Shown: one piece after another, positions 8,893-16,509 of the stretch
Position numbering within the stretch: the stretch's first letter is position 1
Layout of the letters: each line of letters starts with the position of its first letter
Assembly (NCBI GenBank): GCA_963701295.1
Contig: OY969585.1
Location: forward strand, 3,552,001 to 3,616,000
Origin: Ignavibacteriota bacterium
GTDB taxonomy: Bacteria > Bacteroidota > Ignavibacteria > UBA10030
Length of the DNA: 64,000 nucleotides
Reading direction: 5' to 3'
Made by a program: the position numbers and the translations under genes
Notes under the pieces: generated by a model
What the model was told of the DNA's origin: nothing
Databases searched by the model: none
The model's input: the letters and a program-made list of their open reading frames with translations, nothing else

Positions 8893-9888
8893 TCATGGCT
8901 GCGCGAGAAACCGTCGAATGGCATCAGCCACTTTTATGGAGTCCGACAAAAATACATAATGGTTATTTACTTGATAGTTTGTCTGCTTAAGTTCCAATAT
9001 TTCACCGTTACGCATCTCACGTCGAAAGCGCGCACGCTCGGTTGATAAATAATCGATAGCCCACTGCCCATAAATCGTCGTCGTTCGGCGTTCAGTGGAA
9101 TCCATTTGCGCCCACCTAGAAGGCAAAACAATGAATTCGGGTGACTCACACATCCGATAAATGGCGAGTGCTGGTGCTGAAACCTGCGAGTATGGCGGAT
9201 GCTCCGATCCCCGAAGGAAAACCACGGTGAACGAATCAGGTGTAACATCGCGCTCAATCTTGCCACTTGCATCGAAAACGTACCAAGTTCGTATTTCTGC
9301 CTCAGGCAGCGGATACCCTTTGGCTGCCCAAAAAGCCCGAACAGCTCCCGGTGATGCGGAATCAGCTGCTGTCATGGGTTTGGATTTTACAAATTTAGGT
9401 TGGTTGAGCTGAGCCGTGTGATCGTATGCGGCATCCAGATAAACGAGTCGGCGAACGCGGCTCGGGAAGCGGGCGGCAAGACCGGTAAGTTCGCCTCCTG
9501 CAATTGAATGACCAATGAAGGAAGCACGCGCCACACCTAATGAATCGAGCAGTGACACGAGATCTTTAATCCGTGTCTCAATATCGTATCCGTATGCTGT
9601 CTGGCTCGAGGCGCCAAACCCACGGCGTGTCACTGCCATCACATGGAAGTGGTCTCTGAACTGTGGCGCGAAATCGTCGTAGACATGGGCGGAGAGTCCA
9701 AGACCGGAGAGGAAAATCAATGTATCTCCTCGTCCTCCCCAATCAAGCACTTCCAAGCGTACGTTCGGTGCGACCGTAACAAACTGTATACGATGCGGCG
9801 ATGGATCCGTCCAAGTCTGTGGTGTCGCAGACTGAACAAGAGCGATCAGCAGAACGAAGACTAAGCCACTAATTTTATGTGTATTCAT
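8893..9888 (-). CDS. Secreted alpha/beta hydrolase, cassette-borne
   Basis: Signal peptide; LEVLDWGG; RRGFG.S; GHSIAG nucleophile elbow. Confidence 0.88.
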   Translation of the reverse strand: MNTHKISGLVFVLLIALVQSATPQTWTDPSPHRIQFVTVAPNVRLEVLDWGGRGDTLIFLSGLGLSAHVYDDFAPQFRDHFHVMAVTRRGFGASSQTAYGYDIETRIKDLVSLLDSLGVARASFIGHSIAGGELTGLAARFPSRVRRLVYLDAAYDHTAQLNQPKFVKSKPMTAADSASPGAVRAFWAAKGYPLPEAEIRTWYVFDASGKIERDVTPDSFTVVFLRGSEHPPYSQVSAPALAIYRMCESPEFIVLPSRWAQMDSTERRTTTIYGQWAIDYLSTERARFRREMRNGEILELKQTNYQVNNHYVFLSDSIKVADAIRRFLAQP

Positions 9889-9938
9889 TGTATCCTCCGT
9901 GAAATTGGTTTGGGATCAAATCTGTTCATTGCGTTGCA

Positions 9939-10125
9939 GCCTAACGGAACGGCGCTAAGCTGCGGCGCTGATAAGTTTCATAATGCAACCAACGAAACAG
10001 GTTCATGATACTATCTTTCAATTAAACACAAAACCTATGCTCGCCATGCTTAACGTACCCATTTACCCGCCATGCTTTATCTTTGGGCGGGCGCTCATTC
10101 CGTCAGCTTGAGCGCCTGGTTAGGG
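9939..10125 (-). repeat. attC site (187 bp, with an extra internal hairpin)
   Basis: GCCTAAC..GGCGCTAAGCTGCGG ... CCGTCAGCTTGAGCGCCTGGTTAGGG. Confidence 0.9.
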
Positions 10126-10133
10126 CGCATTTA

Positions 10134-10592
10134 TTATTTCTCGACTGTTTCGTTCGGTTTAATCCCGGGAGATATTGTCCTAAAATTAAAATCTTTAAAT
10201 CTCAGAACCTTTTGTCCGAGGTCTTTCCTAATCGCTAAGATAATTGATCGAATTATATTATCCTGTTGTTCAATGGAATAATCGTCCCCTCGGTGAGTAC
10301 CAATGTAATCAAGAAGATCATGCACTTTCTCCAAGACCTCACGGCTTGCAATAAGATTCATCAAATTGACTGAGTTCGCAAGTTTCCGATGCGCTTCATA
10401 GGATTTATAAATACTTCCCATTTCGGAAAAACCAGACAGGAAATCCATATATCGGTCAAGTTTGAATTTAAGTTCCTGCAATTTTATTTCTCGTCTACGA
10501 TTGAGAAATTGACCGATGACAGCCGCAATTAATGTGGCAAGAGCACCGATGATTGCTACTAAAAGCACATGATTATTTGATGTTGATTCCAT
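10134..10592 (-). CDS. Hypothetical cassette protein with N-terminal TM helix
   Basis: 152-aa ORF filling the space between two attC sites. Confidence 0.75.
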   Translation of the reverse strand: MESTSNNHVLLVAIIGALATLIAAVIGQFLNRRREIKLQELKFKLDRYMDFLSGFSEMGSIYKSYEAHRKLANSVNLMNLIASREVLEKVHDLLDYIGTHRGDDYSIEQQDNIIRSIILAIRKDLGQKVLRFKDFNFRTISPGIKPNETVEK

Positions 10593-10829
10593 ATGAAATG
10601 CGCCCTAACGGATGGCAACTAAGCTGCGGCACTAAAAACCCTCAAGTTGCCGAAAACGAACCAAGTTTATTATAAAATATTTCAATCAATAATCCCTAAG
10701 CGCCATGCGTAACATACAAACGCTCATTCCGTCAGCTTGAGTTGCTGGATATTACCAAAAAGGAATCTCCCGATTATGTACATTGATAATTCTCTAGGTC
10801 ACCAACATCCACAATCTAAGGAGATTCCC

Positions 10830-11831
10830 ATGTATTACTCAGGTATCGATTTGCATTCTGATAATTGTTTTATCACCACTGTTGATGACACTGGTGCTGT
10901 CATCAAGCGACAACGTGTCGAGAATAACAATGAACGTGTTCTTGATTACTTCCACTCTCTGCCCGGTCCTCATCACGCAGTCGTTGAGTCTACCACAGGA
11001 TGGTACTGGCTCAACGATCTTCTCAGCGATCACGGCATCGAGCTTGTCCTTGCTCACGCCAAATATCTCAAAGCCATCAGTTATGCTAAAGTTAAAACAG
11101 ATAAAGTCGATTCGCAAACTCTTGCTCTTCTCTTACGACAGGGACTCATTCCACGGGCTCACAAAATCAGCCGAGAACTACGCGGCCTGCGCGATACCAT
11201 GCGTATTCGTCTACGGCTCGTTCAGCAACGAACTGCCAGTCTTCTGCGTCTCTACAGTATTCAGACCAAATTTAACGGCTCTGTTCCGGATCCGTATCGT
11301 TTTCAACTTGCTGTCTTGCAACATACCAGAGACACTTTTACTGCTCAGATCCTCTCGCTGGAAAAATCTCTCCATCCTGTGCTGATTCCCAACGACGATA
11401 TTCAACGGCTCTTGCACATTCCAGGTATCGGCAAGCTCACCGCATTCACGGTGTATCTTGAAATCGACGGCATTGAACGATTCGACTCCGATAAAAAGTT
11501 TGTCTCTTACTGCCGACTCGTCCCTGCTGCCGATAACTCCAATCGCTCTGTGCACCATCGCTCCAGCAAAGACGGCAATAAGTATCTCAAAATCGCCTTC
11601 TCCGATGCCGCTGTTCATGCTATTCAGTACTATCCGGAATACAAACGCTTATTCCAGAAATTAGCTCGTCGCTCCAATGAGGCGACTGCGCGAACCGTCG
11701 TTGCCAAAGAACTTGCGAAGATTGTTTACTATGTCTTAAAAAACAAAACAATATATAAAGGTCTCAAAGGTCAGCCGATCAGCCGGCATAAATCTCAGCA
11801 GTGGCCGCGCCTCTCAAGCCCGCTTTCCTAA
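10830..11831 (+). CDS. IS110-family transposase/recombinase
   Basis: Protein identical to 4425-5426. Confidence 0.95.
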   Translation: MYYSGIDLHSDNCFITTVDDTGAVIKRQRVENNNERVLDYFHSLPGPHHAVVESTTGWYWLNDLLSDHGIELVLAHAKYLKAISYAKVKTDKVDSQTLALLLRQGLIPRAHKISRELRGLRDTMRIRLRLVQQRTASLLRLYSIQTKFNGSVPDPYRFQLAVLQHTRDTFTAQILSLEKSLHPVLIPNDDIQRLLHIPGIGKLTAFTVYLEIDGIERFDSDKKFVSYCRLVPAADNSNRSVHHRSSKDGNKYLKIAFSDAAVHAIQYYPEYKRLFQKLARRSNEATARTVVAKELAKIVYYVLKNKTIYKGLKGQPISRHKSQQWPRLSSPLS

Positions 11832-12125
11832 CTGATCCCGACTGCGTCGGGATCGTTCGCTGGATTGGGAAGAGAGTGCGCTGTGCCGTGGTAATATCTG
11901 GAACATCTCGCTCGACGAGATACGCTTTCACCATCGTTTCTTCAATGAGTGAATGTAAATCCGTAAACTGGTTTGGACGGCATTGCTCTGGTAATCGCCT
12001 GTCTATTCGATAGAGAACGCGGCATCGGCACGGATTCGGTCGTCCTTAATGTTAAAGAACTCTGCATTCCGATTGCGCGGAACGCATCGGGAGTATATTA
12101 TTTACTTGACTCTTTCCTTTTTAAA
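11807..12125 (+). ncRNA. Putative bridge/seek RNA (copy 2)
   Basis: Same sequence as 5402-5720. Confidence 0.75.
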
Positions 12126-12161
12126 CTGGTTAGGTGCTGTGCCCAGCATTTGCCCGTTATT

Positions 12162-12581
12162 TTATACTCTGAAATCATAGGATTTAAAGTTTTCATACAT
12201 CCTGCAAACTTTAGTCGTAAATTTTAATACACAGTAATCTGGATCGGTTATTCCCTTTGAATAATATATTGTATCACCATCTCGCCAAATTCTATCTTTT
12301 GTAGGTTGATCTTGCAATACTTCCATAAAACCTTTTAACATAATTCCGCGAAAAGAACTACTATCATAGAAATAAATAGAAGCTTTGGAATTCTTCATGT
12401 ATTGTTTCACACGCACCGACGATGTATTGGTAGTAAAATAAAATATTTTTAAACCGTCATTTTCTCTTGGTTTTAACATGGCTTTCAAATTCGGAAACCC
12501 ATCTTCATCAACAGATGAAATAATTGTATTACTACTTTTTCCAACAATAGATAAACCTTTTTTTATTAAGTCTTCATTCAA
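12162..12581 (-). CDS. Pyridoxamine 5'-phosphate oxidase-like FMN-binding protein (general stress protein 26 type)
   Basis: SSVDEDGFP..KAM; YFTTNTSS; YYSKGITDPDYCVLKF. Confidence 0.85.
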   Translation of the reverse strand: MNEDLIKKGLSIVGKSSNTIISSVDEDGFPNLKAMLKPRENDGLKIFYFTTNTSSVRVKQYMKNSKASIYFYDSSSFRGIMLKGFMEVLQDQPTKDRIWRDGDTIYYSKGITDPDYCVLKFTTKVCRMYENFKSYDFRV

Positions 12582-12616
12582 TGAATATCTCCTTTTTATA
12601 TTTATGATTGCACAGC

Positions 12617-12814
12617 ACCTAACGGATCGGCGCTAAGCTGCGGCAACGATAACACGCAAGTTGCTGAAAACGAAACAAGTTCATGCTGACAACCAAATTA
12701 AATATTTCCCAACCAACGAGGTACTGAAAAGTTAATTATAAAAACCTAAACCCGCCACAAGCCATGCTCTAAAGTACTCGGGCTCATTCCGTCAGCTTGA
12801 GCGCCTGGTTAGGC
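12617..12814 (-). repeat. attC site (198 bp)
   Basis: ACCTAAC..GGCGCTAAGCTGCGG ... CCGTCAGCTTGAGCGCCTGGTTAGGC. Confidence 0.92.
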
Positions 12815-12905
12815 GCAGGCAAAGTTCTATAGCAACCGCGTTTCCCATTATCTAACCAATGCCTGCCTGCCAATATCAAACTCGATGCTTTTCTTTCAAG
12901 CTAAT

Positions 12906-13376
12906 TCACCGTTTAGCGAGATAGAGCATCCCATTTTGATCAGAGAAGAGGTCTTTTACTCTAATAGTAGATCCAGGCACAGCAGTTCGTTTACAAATAA
13001 ATTGGTACGAGACATTTGCGGAGTCGACAATTGAATTGTGATACTGCAATCCGTTCATCTCCAGACATTCTTTTCCCTCACCGTCGATAAAAGCAATCGG
13101 GAGCTTCTCGATAAAGGCAAATCCATGTTTTAGGTTTCTTATCGAAAGCACCACGTCGTAGAATACCATGGATGAATCGGGTGGGCGAAATGTTCGAGGG
13201 CCAAAGTTTGGATCAAAGAACTCAATAGTCTCATGAATGTAAATCGAATCCACTTTGTATTCGGTACCACCTAAAATTAATCTTTCTCCAAAAAATGTCT
13301 TTTGGGAGACCTTGCCACAACGAGAAAAGCTCATGACAAATGTCAATATGAGCAAAATGTAGAATGTTTTAAACAT
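12906..13376 (-). CDS. Hypothetical exported/lipoprotein, second gene of the first cassette
   Basis: Signal/lipobox-like N-terminus (SFSRC). Confidence 0.65.
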   Translation of the reverse strand: MFKTFYILLILTFVMSFSRCGKVSQKTFFGERLILGGTEYKVDSIYIHETIEFFDPNFGPRTFRPPDSSMVFYDVVLSIRNLKHGFAFIEKLPIAFIDGEGKECLEMNGLQYHNSIVDSANVSYQFICKRTAVPGSTIRVKDLFSDQNGMLYLAKR

Positions 13377-13406
13377 AGTTCAAATTTCTCTTTCTCAAAG
13401 GGATAT

Positions 13407-14306
13407 TCATGGTTTCTGTGCGTTAAGAAGTTTTTGCCCCTCAGAAGTGGATAGAAGAATCAATTTTATCTTACCGCACTTAGAACAAGTTGGATTAATT
13501 GCATTTTTCATCACATAAAATGATAGGAGAATACTTATCGCGTTGAAAAACCAAAAACCATTGGGATCAGCTTTTACCAATCTTGCGAAGAGGTAAAGAA
13601 CGAAAGGGATGATTGTGATAAGTAAGGCAGACAAAATAATTGCTGACCCGATTGATTGAGGTTTTAATACTTCTCGACAGCTGGGGCAAATCCTAGCTCT
13701 GGGATCATGTAAGAGTTCGTCTGAAGGTGGTATCGTATTCGTTGGTGCTTTTGGATTAGCTACTTCTAGCGCAAAGTGAACAACCTCGTCACTTAGTGTA
13801 GATAATAACTTGCTATAAGTGTGCTCAGTTCCATCTTTAAATCGAATAGTAACATTAAAGAATTCCCCGTCACGTGTATGCTTGTATTGATCGACATCCG
13901 ATAATTTATATTCGACGTATTGGCTCGTTTCCACGGCATACAACCACATTCTTTGATCTGTTATTACCGCTGAGAGTTGTTTCTTATCCTTGGTTTTCGC
14001 AAAACCACATAGGAATTCACCAAACTGCGGCGAATGGATAGAAAAAAATTCAGTCAATGGAGAAAAGCTAACATTAACGACTTTTTTAATAAAAATCTCA
14101 AAGTTCAGTGTGGCGAGTTTTTTATAATTCGGGTTAACTCTAAATAATAATCCTCGTCGCCACACTGCCCAAGTAGCTCGCCAGAATTTTGTTAAATTGT
14201 CATCAATAGAAACAGATGATTTAATATCAGAATCCTTAAATTCATACCCACAATCACAATGCCATGTACCCTCAGGGTTCTCTCTTCCGCATTTTGGACA
14301 TTTCAT
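13407..14306 (-). CDS. Zinc-ribbon membrane protein, first cassette
   Basis: CPKC..CDC N-terminus, two TM helices flanked by CxxC motifs; RBS GGAGG. Confidence 0.7.
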   Translation of the reverse strand: MKCPKCGRENPEGTWHCDCGYEFKDSDIKSSVSIDDNLTKFWRATWAVWRRGLLFRVNPNYKKLATLNFEIFIKKVVNVSFSPLTEFFSIHSPQFGEFLCGFAKTKDKKQLSAVITDQRMWLYAVETSQYVEYKLSDVDQYKHTRDGEFFNVTIRFKDGTEHTYSKLLSTLSDEVVHFALEVANPKAPTNTIPPSDELLHDPRARICPSCREVLKPQSIGSAIILSALLITIIPFVLYLFARLVKADPNGFWFFNAISILLSFYVMKNAINPTCSKCGKIKLILLSTSEGQKLLNAQKP

Positions 14307-14435
14307 AACACCTCCGTGAATATTTTAGTGAACTACTTAACTATTGTTTATATTACTTCCAGATAATTCTACTCTCTCGATGTGTGCGATTAGATGTGCT
14401 ACACGATGCCTTCTTAGGAATGCACCTTTGCTTGC

Positions 14436-14510
14436 GCCTAACTCTGATTAGACTGCATACCGCAGCCTAATACGCTTTTTTGAGTGTTAGACTGCATATT
14501 GCAGCCTAAC
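14436..14510 (-). other. attI recombination site with two palindromic accessory repeats
   Basis: Core GTTAGGC (minus, 14436-14442) matches the end of the first cassette; no attC arm follows; 25-bp repeats at 14447-14471 and 14486-14510. Confidence 0.75.
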
Positions 14511-14705
14511 ATGATGAAATTGTCTGGGAAACTGATAAGTCTGCAGCCAAACTTGACAATTATTAAATGGGCTCTGGCACTGTAATTGTTTATTCTTCTG
14601 ATGGCTCCCAACAAATCCCCTCTTTCTTAAGACACGTTTACATCGTATCTTTCAGGTGCGCGCTTTTAATCTATCAATTACCATACAAATACGCAAGGGA
14701 AAAAT

Positions 14706-15665
14706 ATGGCCGAACAAAAGTTGTTAGATCGCGTCCGCGATTGCATACGAACCAAACACCTCAGCATTCGCACCGAAGAAGTCTATCTCAATTGGATCAA
14801 ACGTTACATCCTCTTTCATCAAAAGAAGCATCCTCGTGAATTGCGGGAACCGCACATTGAACAATTTCTCACTTCCCTGGCAGTGGATAGCCAGGTCTCT
14901 GCTTCCACACAAAATCAAGCACTGAATGCCATCTTGTTTCTCTATCGCGAAGTGCTTCATATAAAGATCGGGGACATGAATGAAATTATCAGGGCAAAGA
15001 GAACTCAGCGTATCCCTGTCGTCTTTACGAAAAAGGAGATTGAATCTATCCTGCAATATCTCCACGGATCACAAAGACTGATCTGTGCCCTGCTCTACGG
15101 CAGCGGCATGCGCCTGCTCGAATGTCATCGACTGCGCATAAAAGACATCGACTTTCTCAGAAAACAAATCATCGTACGCGAAGGAAAAGGAGAAAAAGAC
15201 CGCATAACGATTCTTCCTGCATCGCTTCTTACGCACCTCGAACATCAAATCGCTAAAGTGAAACTCCTGCATCAAGAAGATAAAACCGATGGCTATGGCG
15301 ATGTATATTTACCGGATGCCATCCGCATAAAATTTCCGCGGGCTGCAAAAGAATTACTATGGCAATATGTATTCCCCTCTTCAAGGCGTTCGATGGATCC
15401 GCTAACAGGAGCCGTCCAACGGCACCATATTGATGAAAGTGTTGTGCAACGCGCTTTTAAAACAGCGTTACAAAAATCCAAAGTGAGAAAAGCAGGAACA
15501 ATACACTCCTTGCGTCACTCATTCGCAACACATCTCTTAGAAGATGGGCACGACATCCGCACCGTCCAGGAATTATTAGGGCACAAAGATGTTAGGACTA
15601 CGATGATCTACACTCACGTCCTGAACAAAAAAGGTCTCACCGTCCGAAGCCCGCTGGATACATAA
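14706..15665 (+). CDS. intI: Integron integrase
   Basis: Tyrosine recombinase R-H-R-H-Y motifs ([25 protein letters not shown]) plus the IntI-specific insertion (VYLPDA..KFPRA..WQYVFPS); divergent from the cassette array. Confidence 0.97.
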   Translation: MAEQKLLDRVRDCIRTKHLSIRTEEVYLNWIKRYILFHQKKHPRELREPHIEQFLTSLAVDSQVSASTQNQALNAILFLYREVLHIKIGDMNEIIRAKRTQRIPVVFTKKEIESILQYLHGSQRLICALLYGSGMRLLECHRLRIKDIDFLRKQIIVREGKGEKDRITILPASLLTHLEHQIAKVKLLHQEDKTDGYGDVYLPDAIRIKFPRAAKELLWQYVFPSSRRSMDPLTGAVQRHHIDESVVQRAFKTALQKSKVRKAGTIHSLRHSFATHLLEDGHDIRTVQELLGHKDVRTTMIYTHVLNKKGLTVRSPLDT

Positions 15666-15703
15666 GTTCAAATATTTTCTTTTCTTGATTTTTTACTCGG
15701 ACT

Positions 15704-15834
15704 GCGAAATCGATAGAAGTGAACATTGCCAAGGCGAGTTAAATTTATGTACTTCTACTTTTCCTTTCTTAAATAATTAACCCATCGCTTCCGAAATCTT
15801 AGCTCCTTCTTGAGAAAACACGTTTCGATTTCGC
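15704..15834. repeat. 131-bp element with 10-bp terminal IR, copy A
   Basis: GCGAAATCGA...TCGATTTCGC; homologous to 16221-16351. Confidence 0.75.
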
Positions 15835-16220
15835 GAGCGTTTTGCCGCTTTAAAAATAAATGTGCGGCATCCCGTACAACGGGACTTTCTGCCATTATCC
15901 TCCCCTTACTTAAGGGGAGGTGTCGAGATGAACTGTTAGTTCATCGAGACAGAGGGGTCACTTTGTGCAGCCAAAGAAAGCGGTGATCTGAACACTCAAA
16001 CTTTTCTTTGATGATTCGGTCTTTGCCCGTCTCGTCATCGCATAACGATGACGGACGCGATCGCGATCCCGTTCTGTGGGATCGGACAGATCGCTTCATC
16101 ATTCATCACACTTCGTATGATTCATTCCTCGCAATGACATCTCATTTTTCGATGTTTTGCTCAGCCTACGAAATCGTTTAAAGTAATTTATCTGGAATTT
16201 TTAGTCTTCTCCTCAAGCAC

Positions 16221-16351
16221 GCGAAATCGACAGAAGTGAACCAAGACAAGGTGAGGTAATTCTTATTCAATCTCCAATCGGAATCTCAAACGAGATTCTT
16301 ATTAAATCCGTAATGGTAATTCCTCCTTGAGATTACATTTTTCGATTTCGC
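16221..16351. repeat. 131-bp element with 10-bp terminal IR, copy B
   Basis: GCGAAATCGACAGAAGTGAAC...TTTCGATTTCGC. Confidence 0.75.
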
Positions 16352-16509
16352 ATGCGTTTCTTTCAGTCGCTTTCTTTGCGCAATCAAAGAAAGCGGCAAA
16401 ATAAATATTACACGGGTAAAAACCTCACTATCCACATATTTCGCGAGAATGATAGTGTGTATATTTTTCTTTTCCCCCTTTTACTCCCCTCTTCCTTTTC
16501 TCTCTTCAA

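Larger units (their letters stand above)
10749..12129 (+). mobile_element. IS110-family (IS1111-like) element, copy 2, inserted in attC
   Basis: Matches copy 1 (offset 6405); CTGG core at both ends. Confidence 0.92.
10603..12135 (-). repeat. attC site interrupted by IS copy 2
   Basis: CCCTAAC at 10603, ...GAGTTGCTGG to 10748, IS, then GTTAGGT at 12129-12135. Confidence 0.85.

Noticed and set aside
351-12814. Repeated CCTAAC...GTTAGG units as a CRISPR array
   Set aside because: The units flank whole genes and have attC architecture next to intI; no cas genes or short spacers
14521-14600. LexA box or intI promoter
   Set aside because: CTG..CAG spacing is 9 rather than 10, and TTGACA at 14553 has no good -10
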